Assembly (NCBI GenBank): GCA_016861085.1
Contig: BOKR01000001.1
Span: 991,298 to 1,055,297, forward strand
Length of the DNA stretch: 64,000 nt
Direction of reading: 5' to 3'
Source of the DNA: Patescibacteria group bacterium
GTDB lineage: Bacteria; Patescibacteriota; Microgenomatia; UBA1400; PJMF01
In this document: positions 52,478 to 61,635 of the stretch, in pieces
How the letters are laid out: the number at the start of each line of letters is the position of its first letter
Numbering within the stretch: the stretch's first letter is position 1
Translations under genes and position numbers: made by a program
The notes under the pieces: generated by a model
The model's database searches: none
Told to the model about the DNA's origin: nothing
The model's input: the letters and a program-made list of their open reading frames with translations, nothing else

Positions 52478-53254
52478 TTATTTTTTTGAAATAGGCAAAT
52501 CGCGTCTATCTCTCTGAATTTTAACGCTGTCTCTTTTATCTAAAGTAAAATGGGCAACAAAAAGCTTTACTTTCTCTCTTAGTTTTTCAGGCACTATCTG
52601 CAAAGCACTACTGTAAACCATGTCTTGCATTGCTTTGATTTCTTTCTGGGAACCTTTTTCGCAATTTAGTTTTTCAGGAACTCCAACTCCATCATTATAA
52701 AAAGCACAGGCTCCACACCTACAATCATGGCCACCTGCATAAATTTGTTTGATTTGCTCTGAGTGATTAGCTAAATATCTGTAAATGGTTGATGATGCAG
52801 TTTTTCTTCCCAGGTTAACTTTTTTTCTTTCTCTTGTTGCCTCATCAACCTGAATAATGCCACCACCGTGAGAAATAAGAATTATTACTGTTCTACTCCC
52901 AAATTTTCTTTTAGCCTCTCTTGCAAGTTTCGTATACGTATCAACAGCCCCACGAGCATCCATGCACATATCAATAACAACAACTGGATTGTCACCAATT
53001 TTTTCTTTAAATTGTGTTTCAGTCATACCTTCTGGCACTGTTGTAACAGTATATTTATGGTCGCGTCCTCGACCTTTTCTTGGTTCATCAAAGATTGAAA
53101 CAGTTGGTTCTCCAGCATGACCCACGATACCGTAATCTCCGGCAAAAACTTTAAATGCTGCAGCAAAATCCTGAAATGAAACTTCTTTCTTTTGCAAAGA
53201 TTCCAAGCCAGCTCTACCACCAGCTTCTGTTATGATTGATCTTTTTAGTCCCAT
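52478..53254 (-). CDS. Beta-carbonic-anhydrase-like Cys/His-motif protein (paralog)
   Basis: VIDMCMDARG and YAGGHDCRCGA motifs. Confidence 0.4.
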   Translation of the reverse strand: MGLKRSIITEAGGRAGLESLQKKEVSFQDFAAAFKVFAGDYGIVGHAGEPTVSIFDEPRKGRGRDHKYTVTTVPEGMTETQFKEKIGDNPVVVIDMCMDARGAVDTYTKLAREAKRKFGSRTVIILISHGGGIIQVDEATRERKKVNLGRKTASSTIYRYLANHSEQIKQIYAGGHDCRCGACAFYNDGVGVPEKLNCEKGSQKEIKAMQDMVYSSALQIVPEKLREKVKLFVAHFTLDKRDSVKIQRDRRDLPISKK

Positions 53255-53310
53255 ATAAACTCACTAATAAGAAGTATAAGAAAGCCAGGATTTTAGCACA
53301 AGTGACAAGT

Positions 53311-54033
53311 CTACTCAAATATAGGCGCGTTTCCGACCATCTCGACAACCGGCTCATTGGTTGAAACATCTACCGTATAGATTGGCTTTCCTTTACTGGA
53401 CCCTAATAACCCTAATGTTGCAGTTGTTTGTTTATCACTTGCCTCTACTAAAGCCTCGTATGAAACACTCTTGCCTTGCGCATTCAAGTACTCTACTAAT
53501 CTCTTGAGTAAATCTAGGTGTCTAACCTTATCGTAAATAAAGAATTGGACATCATTTTCCTGATCCCAAGGTTTAACAGTGTAATCAGTGCTTGTTACTA
53601 CCAAAATTGCTTCTTCTTTATGTTCTCTGTCTAAAATAACCAGCTCCATATTTTCACGATCATTTTGAGCTGACCGTACCAGATCTAATAACTCTTGCAC
53701 ATCTAAACCAGCAACACTATATTTTTCACCTTTACTAATAGCTGCATTGCAATGACCGCAACCAACAATAGTCCCATGGTGACCTTCGTGTGTATCTGTG
53801 TGCCAACAGTATGGATTTCCATCTTTGGTAACAAATTTATATACTAACTCAAATGCCTCTTCAGGGGAAAAACCAAGTTGCAGCAACGCCATTGAAATTC
53901 CCAAATGTGCCCCAGGCATTGCAATCGCTCCGACTGCCTCTTCTCCTCTGTATCCACCATCTACACATTTTGCATGGGTAGAATCTGCAGCTACTCTCAT
54001 TTTTTTTGCGTGGGCAATAATTTTGTCGTTCAT
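53311..54033 (-). CDS. Cys/His-rich hypothetical protein (distantly related third member)
   Basis: KCVDGGYRG, HEGHHGTIVGCGHCNAA motifs. Confidence 0.4.
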   Translation of the reverse strand: MNDKIIAHAKKMRVAADSTHAKCVDGGYRGEEAVGAIAMPGAHLGISMALLQLGFSPEEAFELVYKFVTKDGNPYCWHTDTHEGHHGTIVGCGHCNAAISKGEKYSVAGLDVQELLDLVRSAQNDRENMELVILDREHKEEAILVVTSTDYTVKPWDQENDVQFFIYDKVRHLDLLKRLVEYLNAQGKSVSYEALVEASDKQTTATLGLLGSSKGKPIYTVDVSTNEPVVEMVGNAPIFE

Positions 54034-54125
54034 ATTCTTTCTTTTCTGTCTTATTTTTACTTACTAAAAAACCTCGTCAGGCTGACGATTATAAACTAAA
54101 TCACACTTTTTTGGGAGAATGGTTT

Positions 54126-54740
54126 TTACTTTTCTGAAGATTCAAAACCCATTTTTTTCAAGATTGCAGCATTCTTTGCAGCAACATCTGAACCAAGCAC
54201 GCCTTCAGATTCAAAGACAATTTTTAAGTCGGTGCCACTCACTAAGCTTTTGTAAAATTCAACTTGTGACTTAATTACGCTTTGAGCCAATTTATAATCT
54301 ACTAAGTGAAGCCACTCAGCACTGATTACAAAACAACCTAAATTAAAAGTTTGCTCACCACCAGCTAAAGTAAAACAAATTTTGTTTGCAATATGAACAC
54401 CTCTTGGACGAACCATGTGAGCTTTAATTTCATGTGCAAGTTGTTTTGGATCGGTAAATGGGACAAATCCTGAATAGAGCAATTTCTCTCTATCAGCTAA
54501 AGCTTCAATGTGTTGTTGGGTGCTTGCAGTTACTTGCTCCCAATTGGAAAGTTCTAACTGTTGTTTCATCCAATCACATTCTTCTGAAGCAGCAATTCTA
54601 ATATCAGGGCCCAAGAGTGACTTTAATGCCGTAATAATCTCACTAAAGCCTTCAATTCTAAAACCAGAGCCAGCAAAACCGAGTCTCGTTCCTTCGTTTA
54701 CTTGAACACCTTCGTCTCCACAGGTTATTACGTATGACAT
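54126..54740 (-). CDS. Hypothetical protein
   Basis: 204 aa, same strand as and downstream of the three Cys/His proteins. Confidence 0.4.
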   Translation of the reverse strand: MSYVITCGDEGVQVNEGTRLGFAGSGFRIEGFSEIITALKSLLGPDIRIAASEECDWMKQQLELSNWEQVTASTQQHIEALADREKLLYSGFVPFTDPKQLAHEIKAHMVRPRGVHIANKICFTLAGGEQTFNLGCFVISAEWLHLVDYKLAQSVIKSQVEFYKSLVSGTDLKIVFESEGVLGSDVAAKNAAILKKMGFESSEK

Positions 54741-54860
54741 ATGTCTCCTTTGCCTACTAAAAAATGCTTCATCAGCAATTTTTGGGTAAACTAAGGGTAT
54801 TATACCATAAAACGAGTAAAAAAGCTTGGTTTGTTGCGATGTTTGAGAACAAAAGTATAC

Positions 54861-54890
54861 AAAAAGACCTCGAGTAACCGAGGTCTTTTC
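54861..54890. terminator. Bidirectional rho-independent terminator
   Basis: Perfect hairpin agacctcg-agtaa-cgaggtct flanked by A5 upstream and T4 downstream. Serves the minus-strand rpsA/small-ORF transcript. Confidence 0.55.
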
Positions 54891-54909
54891 AAATTATAAC
54901 TTTTTGTGG

Positions 54910-55086
54910 TTACTCCTCATCAGATTCATCATCTTCTGAGACCATGTTTTGAATTGCTTCTAAGTAATTGTTCATGTCTTGTTCGACTTTTTCCCAATCA
55001 CCATTAGCTTCACGGATCGCGTTGAAGAGTAAATCCATATCAATCAAAAGTTGATCATCGGTTACGATCATTCGTTGTTTTGCCAT
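54910..55086 (-). CDS. Small acidic protein (58 aa), unannotated in the ORF track
   Basis: MAKQRMIVTDDQLLIDMDLLFNAIREANGDWEKVEQDMNNYLEAIQNMVSEDDESDEE. Lies between the rpsA stop and a perfect bidirectional terminator hairpin. Confidence 0.3.
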   Translation of the reverse strand: MAKQRMIVTDDQLLIDMDLLFNAIREANGDWEKVEQDMNNYLEAIQNMVSEDDESDEE

Positions 55087-55114
55087 AAGTACCTTTCAGT
55101 ATAAATAGTATAGC

Positions 55115-56230
55115 TTATTTGTATCCAAGCGGAACTTCGGTTAAAACGAGACTCAGACTCATACGTCTTTGTTCAGGATCAACACTTTCAACGTTAACAG
55201 TGATGTGGTCGCCTTTTTTAAGGTTGTGACCTTCTTCAAGTTTACTTGAATGAATTAAACCATCAATACCTGTCTCAACGTTGACAAATACACCAAATGG
55301 CTCAACTCTAGAAACAACACCTTCAACTGTTGTGCCAACTTGATATTTATCTGCAATAACTTTCCATGGATCATCACTGAGCTGTTTAATAGAAAGGTTG
55401 AGTTTACCGGTTTTCTCATCAATACCAAGCACTCTTACTTTTAATCTATCACCAACTGCGTGGAACTCTTTTGGATGAGTCACTTTTTCCCATGAAATTT
55501 CTGAAATGTGAACTAAACCTTCAACGTGTCCAACTGAGTTTGAACCTTCGACAGGAACTTCTACAGTCACGAACAAACCAAAGTGCATCACGCCAGAGAC
55601 AACACCTTCATAGATTGCGCCAGTTTTGACACTATCAAGTGCTTCTTGTTTATTAGCAAGTTCTTCTGCCTCAGAAACGTGTCTTTCAGAAAAAATAAGT
55701 CTGTTTTTGTCTTTATCAACTTCAATGACACGAACTTTAATTGTTTCGCCTTTGAGTTTTGAAAACGTACCTACTAAATCTTTACCAAATTGGCTTGAAG
55801 GCACAAAACCTCTGGTTCCGTTGACAGAAACGATTAACCCACCTTTGTTGACTTCTAAGCCTTTGGCTTCAAGAATTGTCTCTTTTTCGTATGCCTCAAT
55901 AAAGTAATCCCATCTTGAGTCTGTTGCAGCTTTTCGTAGTGAAAGCATCACTTGTCCTTGATCATTTTCTGTTGAAACAACAACAGCTTCAATCTTGTCA
56001 CCAACCTTGAGGTCGGTCACATAATCACTAGCAGATTCAAATTCTTTATCAGCAACAATACCTTCAGTTTTAGCACCAATATCGATAGTTAAGGACTTTT
56101 TACTAATTGCGGTAATCGTACCAACAACTGTTTCTCCTTTCCTAGGAATAACCATTTTACTTGTAGCAGAAGCTAAAAGCTCAGCCATGGTTTGTGGCTT
56201 TTTTGTTTTTGTATCTGTGTCAGATGCCAT
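55115..56230 (-). CDS. rpsA: 30S ribosomal protein S1 (short, four S1 domains)
   Basis: Four S1 OB-fold repeats. Start MASDTDTK… is preceded by a strong AAAGGGGAAAT Shine-Dalgarno; the track start at 56275 lies 15 codons upstream. Confidence 0.85.
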   Translation of the reverse strand: MASDTDTKTKKPQTMAELLASATSKMVIPRKGETVVGTITAISKKSLTIDIGAKTEGIVADKEFESASDYVTDLKVGDKIEAVVVSTENDQGQVMLSLRKAATDSRWDYFIEAYEKETILEAKGLEVNKGGLIVSVNGTRGFVPSSQFGKDLVGTFSKLKGETIKVRVIEVDKDKNRLIFSERHVSEAEELANKQEALDSVKTGAIYEGVVSGVMHFGLFVTVEVPVEGSNSVGHVEGLVHISEISWEKVTHPKEFHAVGDRLKVRVLGIDEKTGKLNLSIKQLSDDPWKVIADKYQVGTTVEGVVSRVEPFGVFVNVETGIDGLIHSSKLEEGHNLKKGDHITVNVESVDPEQRRMSLSLVLTEVPLGYK

Positions 56231-56438
56231 AAACGTTATTTCCCCTTTCATGAGAGTGAGGCACAATTGTACCATAATTTCAAAAAAACTCGAGAGTAAA
56301 AATACGAATCAAAGGTTGCTAGGATCAAAGTATCCACGGGATCTTTTGTACCTGCAAAAATTTTTTGACAAAAATTGCTGGGTCAAAAATATGACGAAGT
56401 ATGATACTTTTGATTCTGTAGATAGAGAAAGTACAAAC

Positions 56439-57710
56439 ATGAAACTAAAACTTCCCCAAATCTCAGATATTAAGAACAAAACAGTCCTAGTACGTGTTGA
56501 CTTTAATGTCCCGCTTAAAAAAGATGATTCTGGAGTTCTAAAAGTTACAAATGATGAAAGAATCACAGCATCTCTTGAAACAATCAACTTTTTGCTCAAA
56601 CACGATGCGAAAGTAGTTTTAGCTTCACATTTAGGTAGACCAGAATCAGCAAGAGATGTGAAATATAGTCTGAGACCGGTAGCAGAATATATGAAAAGTG
56701 TGCTGGGATTACCAGTTGTTTTTTCCAATGAGTGTATTGGGAAGAATGCTCAAAAAGAAGTATTTCTTGCTAAAAAAGGCGAGATAGTACTCTTGGAAAA
56801 CATTCGTTTTCATAGTGGTGAACAAGAAAATGATGCGCAATTTGCAAAAGAGTTATCAAAGCTAGCTGATGTCTATATTAATGAGGCTTTTTCCACTTCA
56901 CATCGTGCTCATGCTTCTATTGTGGGAATCCCAAAGCACCTCCCTTCATTTGCTGGATTTGCACTTGAAAAAGAAGTGTCAACGTTTACTAAAATGACTG
57001 AGAAACCTGAAAGACCCCTCGTAATAATTTTGGGAGGTGCAAAAATCTCTGACAAGGTTGGAGCAATTGAACATTTGGCAAAAATTGCAGACATTGTGTT
57101 AGTTGGTGGCGCTGTTGCCAATAGTTTCCTAAAAGCCGAAGGTTTGGAGATTTATAAATCCTTTATTGAAGATGCACCTGCGGACTTAAAGAAAAAAAAT
57201 ATCAACTATACTGATGTTGCTTGCTCACTACTTGAAGAACATAAAACTGAAAAAATGCTCATGAATGGCTATATTCCACTACCAAAAATTGTCTACCCAA
57301 TTGATGTCGTTGCAGGACACTCACTTGAAGAAGCTGATCCTAAAAAAACTGAGGTCATTGATCTTACCAAAGAAAACGGACATCACGATAAAAACCTGTT
57401 ATACCTTGATATTGGTCCCAATACCGTCAAACTCTATCAAGAAATTATTTTGCATGCAAAAACGGTTTTTTGGAATGGTCCTATGGGAGTTTGGGAAAAT
57501 CCAGTTCTGGCCAACGGCAGTAAGAAAATTGCGGCTAGTGTGGCTCTGAGTAACGGTACTACTATAATAGGTGGTGGTGACACAATTGCTTGTGCTACCC
57601 ATTTTGGCCTGGACAAACAGTTTAGCTATGTTTCTGCTGCGGGAGGCGCTGCCCTTGATTTTTTAAGTGGCAAAAAGCTACCTGGGCTGGTTCCTTTAGA
57701 AGATAAATAA
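56439..57710 (+). CDS. pgk: Phosphoglycerate kinase
   Basis: …KNKTVLVRVDFNVPL…VVLASHLGRP… and the C-terminal …GGGDT… motifs. Start placed at MKLKLPQISD…, 15 aa before the conserved block; the track ORF start at 56187 overlaps divergent rpsA and is unlikely. Confidence 0.88.
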   Translation: MKLKLPQISDIKNKTVLVRVDFNVPLKKDDSGVLKVTNDERITASLETINFLLKHDAKVVLASHLGRPESARDVKYSLRPVAEYMKSVLGLPVVFSNECIGKNAQKEVFLAKKGEIVLLENIRFHSGEQENDAQFAKELSKLADVYINEAFSTSHRAHASIVGIPKHLPSFAGFALEKEVSTFTKMTEKPERPLVIILGGAKISDKVGAIEHLAKIADIVLVGGAVANSFLKAEGLEIYKSFIEDAPADLKKKNINYTDVACSLLEEHKTEKMLMNGYIPLPKIVYPIDVVAGHSLEEADPKKTEVIDLTKENGHHDKNLLYLDIGPNTVKLYQEIILHAKTVFWNGPMGVWENPVLANGSKKIAASVALSNGTTIIGGGDTIACATHFGLDKQFSYVSAAGGAALDFLSGKKLPGLVPLEDK

Positions 57711-57735
57711 GTGGAGTGTTATATAATTCCTCCAT

Positions 57736-58359
57736 ATGAAGCGGAGCATTAGACATTGTGAAACACTTACTTGCCACCAAAGTGACTTATTTTCCCCGAA
57801 AAGAACACCAGATCTTTCTCCGTACATTCCAGATAAAATCACTTTCGGTAATTCTGGATTTAGTGTTGGTTGGAATACTGTAGCAGAATTCCCTTTTCAC
57901 AAACTATGGAATTTAGACTTTACCCCAGAGCATAATCGTGACGGTAATATCGATGAAGAGAGAGCTGATCTATATAGAAACCTATTTTATTTTAACCTTG
58001 GACAGCTATTTGATTTTATACATACACTCAAACAAAAACATCGAACTATAGAAAAGCAATTTCCAGGAATACATTTTTTGGCGATTGCTGGAACAAATTA
58101 CCGATTTATGCGATTTCTTTGTAATCTCACAGGAAAATCAGAAAACAGTACAGTAATTTCACATTTTCGAATGGAAAGTAATCCAAAAATTAATTTTAGT
58201 AGTGACCAGCTAAAAAAAATGGCAGCAAAGTATTACTTTTTGATTAATTTGACTGAACTACAAAAATCAAATGCAGTAAAAAAGAAAATAAAAGCATCAA
58301 AACGAATCATAAAACAAGCTATAGCCAAGGGTGAGCAAATGTGCGAGGACTATTCATAG
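57736..58359 (+). CDS. Hypothetical protein
   Basis: 207 aa ORF directly downstream of pgk. Confidence 0.4.
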   Translation: MKRSIRHCETLTCHQSDLFSPKRTPDLSPYIPDKITFGNSGFSVGWNTVAEFPFHKLWNLDFTPEHNRDGNIDEERADLYRNLFYFNLGQLFDFIHTLKQKHRTIEKQFPGIHFLAIAGTNYRFMRFLCNLTGKSENSTVISHFRMESNPKINFSSDQLKKMAAKYYFLINLTELQKSNAVKKKIKASKRIIKQAIAKGEQMCEDYS

Positions 58360-58493
58360 TTTTTTGCTTTCATTTAGCACACATTTTTCCCTCAATTCCC
58401 TATTGACGCAGCCTTCAAAAGTCGAGTATTCTTAATCAAGGGAGTGTTTTCCCTGCTTGTTTTGTATCGAACAATAAAGTAATAAAAGTCAAA

Positions 58494-61313
58494 ATGATTA
58501 ATACGACAAATAACTCACAAACATCTACAAATACTGATTCATCAGCAAAAAACAATCCAGAAATTGTGAAGCTTTCTGAGTATATGCAAGACAAACCAGC
58601 TACAACTACAACGACTACAACTACAACCACACTGAGCTCAGATTCCGTAAAACCAAAAAAGAAACTAAGCCCTAAATTAATTATTGGGGCTGTGGTGCTT
58701 TTACTGATTATTATTGGTGCGGCTGCTGGTTACTATCTAACCCAGTACTCTCAAGATATTAGACAACAGGCATATGACCCATCAATTTGTGCTCCATTTG
58801 CGCCATTTGCTACTTGTGACTTAACTCCCTCAACTCCAGATAATCCTTGTACTGGCCAAATTGAAAACGTTAGCTGTATTCAAGGCTACACACAATGGCG
58901 TTGTGGCAACAAAAACTGGATTCCAAACTACGAAAATCCAAATGCTAACTGTGGTGGCTGTCCATGGGAGCTCACTAATGGCGAGTGTTGTCCTAAAGGC
59001 GTAGATGCTTGTAATCCAGATGTAGACGAGCACATGTGTGTTGCTGATCCATTTGTTTCAAAATGCGAGCCATGGAATAACTCAGCCTGCCCAGCAAACC
59101 AGCAAGGATATTGGCATGCAATTGCTTGGTGCAATACTCCAGGCTGTGAGTGTGGTCCAAATGGTTTATTTTCAGATTATACTGGTCCGGGATGTGAGTG
59201 TGGCGGTGGCGGTCAACAATGTAATGATCAGTGTGACACTAATGCAGAATGTCAGGCTACCAACCCTGCATGGTCTTGTGTAATGGCAAGTGATGGCTTC
59301 AAACGATGCCGTTTGACCTCTAACCCAACCTCACCAACCTGTGGTGGCGGTGGTGGTGGACTCAATTGTAATGATTCTTGTACAGTAGGAGGTACTCAAT
59401 GTCAGGCAGTTAACCCAGCTTGGTTCTGTGATCCTGCAAGTAGCAAGTGTAGATTGCAATCAAATCCTTCTAATACTTCTTGCCAGCCAGGAACTACCTA
59501 CCAATGTAATAGTGACTGTACAACAACTGCACAGTGTCAAGGTTCTTTAGGAAGCGCATACTCATGTGTCAGTAACAAATGTAGGCTAACCGCCAACCCA
59601 ACTTCATCTACCTGTCAACCTGCTACTCCATTGGTTTGTAACGACATCTGTACATCAAGTAGTCAATGTCCAACTGGGACACAATGTTTAGATACCTATA
59701 ACTTCAGTGCTGAATTCACTGATGTCTCTAATACTACTGCTAATGTTGGATCAGGTACTGTTACTGGTTTTGATTCATTCGTTAGAAACGGTATTGTTGA
59801 ACAATACTTTGTCCGTGGTGGTCAAATCTGGTATAGACCCAATGCCTCTGGCTCTGACCCATGGCAAAATGTTACCGCTAACGTTACCAACGTTGGATCA
59901 GGTACTATCACCTCATTTAGTGCCTTCGTAAATACCTCTGGTGCTGTTGAACAATGGTTAGTCAGAGGTGGTAAAATCTGGTACAGACCAAATATCAACT
60001 CCGGTACTCAATTCACTGATGTCACTGGCAATGTTACTAATGTCGGCTCTGGTACTATCATGGCCTACACTGTAGACAAGTATTCTCCAAACCATGGTAA
60101 TATTGTCTCTGCGTACTTAATCAGAGGTGGTAAAGTCTGGCATCATTCCAGTTCTAATTGGAGCTTATGGCAAGATGTCACCAGTGCTCTCAATAAAGGT
60201 ACCGGTGAAATCACTTCTCATGCCTTCTTCGTTCACACCAGTGGCTCTATCAGACACCACTATATCCGTGGTGGTGCAACCTGGTTCAGAGAAGCACCTC
60301 TCGCCGCTGAAGACAGATGTAGATTGCCTGCGTATCCAAATTCTGGTAGCTGCCAACCTCCAACTCCTACACCAACAAACACGCCTACCCCAACTCCTAC
60401 ACCGACACCGACGCCAACGTCGACCCCTACACCAACCCCAACTCCTACACCGACGCCAACGCCAACAGTGTACGTATGTAACTCAGTCTGTAATCCAAAC
60501 TTAATGCAGGATCCATGTAACGCAGCAAACCCATTATGGACTTGTGACGATGCAACAAGTAGATGTAGGTTGACTTCTAATCCGACTTCTACAACTTGTG
60601 ACGCCGCTGCTTTGACCTGTAATTCAGCTTGTAACCCAAGTGATAGTGGTACGGCAAAAGACCTTTGTACTGCAGCAAATGATAAATGGTACTGCTATCC
60701 AACAACGAGCACTTGTAGATTTAAAGAAAATCCAACCTCTACAACTTGTGCACCACCTGTTGGAGCAGTTGACTGTAATGAGGCGTGTACTTCGAACGCA
60801 CAATGTACTGCAACAAATGCAAATTACACCTGTGACACAACTTCAAACACCTGTAGATTGGCCTCTAACCCAACTTCTACAAGCTGTGAACCAATACCTC
60901 CAGCTTGTAACGAAGCTTGTGCTACAAATGCACAATGTAAGAGGACAAATGCAAATTATGTTTGTGATGAAACAACAGATACTTGTAGACTTGAGACAAA
61001 CCCAAGCTCCACAACTTGCCAACCACCTGCCAGTACCCCAACTCCTACACCAGCTGTTGGTTGTAATGAAGTCTGTGTGACCAATGCTGACTGTTCTAAT
61101 ACAAGTCATATCTGTGCAACAACAGAAGATGGTTCACTTAAATGTAGACTGTCAGGTAACCCAAGTTCGACTACGTGTACTTTACCAGGTGGAACCACAC
61201 AACCAACCCTTCCTCCAGCTCTGCCACAAACTGGACCTGAGGATTGGCTTAACTGGTTGAAAGCAGGTTTGATTACCCTAGGACTTGGTGCAACACTATT
61301 CTTCCTGCTTTAG
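58494..61313 (+). CDS. Large Cys-rich repeat surface protein with N-terminal TM anchor, poly-Thr tract, ~45-aa beta-propeller-like tandem repeats, (TP)n linker and C-terminal LPQTG sortase-type sorting signal
   Basis: 939 aa. ≥12 copies of the module C..C…NP.W.C…S.CRL.SNP(T/S)S..C. Four to five copies of …NVTNVGSGTI…VEQW.VRGGKIWYRPN…. TPTPTPTPT linker. C-terminus LPQTGPEDWLNWLKAGLITLGLGATLFFLL. Confidence 0.7.
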   Translation: MINTTNNSQTSTNTDSSAKNNPEIVKLSEYMQDKPATTTTTTTTTTLSSDSVKPKKKLSPKLIIGAVVLLLIIIGAAAGYYLTQYSQDIRQQAYDPSICAPFAPFATCDLTPSTPDNPCTGQIENVSCIQGYTQWRCGNKNWIPNYENPNANCGGCPWELTNGECCPKGVDACNPDVDEHMCVADPFVSKCEPWNNSACPANQQGYWHAIAWCNTPGCECGPNGLFSDYTGPGCECGGGGQQCNDQCDTNAECQATNPAWSCVMASDGFKRCRLTSNPTSPTCGGGGGGLNCNDSCTVGGTQCQAVNPAWFCDPASSKCRLQSNPSNTSCQPGTTYQCNSDCTTTAQCQGSLGSAYSCVSNKCRLTANPTSSTCQPATPLVCNDICTSSSQCPTGTQCLDTYNFSAEFTDVSNTTANVGSGTVTGFDSFVRNGIVEQYFVRGGQIWYRPNASGSDPWQNVTANVTNVGSGTITSFSAFVNTSGAVEQWLVRGGKIWYRPNINSGTQFTDVTGNVTNVGSGTIMAYTVDKYSPNHGNIVSAYLIRGGKVWHHSSSNWSLWQDVTSALNKGTGEITSHAFFVHTSGSIRHHYIRGGATWFREAPLAAEDRCRLPAYPNSGSCQPPTPTPTNTPTPTPTPTPTPTSTPTPTPTPTPTPTPTVYVCNSVCNPNLMQDPCNAANPLWTCDDATSRCRLTSNPTSTTCDAAALTCNSACNPSDSGTAKDLCTAANDKWYCYPTTSTCRFKENPTSTTCAPPVGAVDCNEACTSNAQCTATNANYTCDTTSNTCRLASNPTSTSCEPIPPACNEACATNAQCKRTNANYVCDETTDTCRLETNPSSTTCQPPASTPTPTPAVGCNEVCVTNADCSNTSHICATTEDGSLKCRLSGNPSSTTCTLPGGTTQPTLPPALPQTGPEDWLNWLKAGLITLGLGATLFFLL
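60358..60470 (+). repeat. Imperfect (ACN-CCN)n repeat encoding a Thr-Pro linker
   Basis: ccaactcctacaccaacaaacacgcctaccccaactcctacaccgacaccgacgccaacg… read directly. Confidence 0.6.
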
Positions 61314-61343
61314 TGAGAAGATCATTGAAAAGGATTATAAAAA

Positions 61344-61373
61344 AGCGCTCGGAAAACCGGGCGCTTTTAATTT
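61344..61373 (+). terminator. Rho-independent terminator of the surface-protein gene
   Basis: agcgctcgg-aaaa-ccgggcgct hairpin followed by tttaattt. Confidence 0.6.
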
Positions 61374-61635
61374 CTATATCCTTTACTTCAAAGTGAGCCA
61401 AGTGGGTTTAGCATGGAACACCTTCTTGAGTTTTTCAAAAGACTAAAGGCCACCTTTGATGAACTAGGCATCGTACCCCCACTAGGGTTGCCCTCGAGGG
61501 GAGGTCTTGCACAAGCTCTTGTCCACTAGGCTTTTTGAGCCTACCCCAGAGCCCCTCTATGAGATTTACCCTTAAAGAGGCGACCTATGCCAGTGGAATA
61601 GATTGGCATGCACATTAACTATGTCTTTAGTAAAG

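Noticed and set aside
56187-56438. Track start of pgk at 56187 (MVCGFFVF…)
   Set aside because: It adds ~84 non-conserved residues and overlaps the divergent rpsA start region. The ATG at 56439 gives the canonical distance to the VLVRVDFNVP block.
61480-61500. Possible second 5S rRNA copy, suggested by a 15-nt identity with the 5S gene (cactagggttgccc)
   Set aside because: Similarity does not extend beyond the 15-mer. Neither the 5S helix I terminal pairing nor the loop-C consensus is present.
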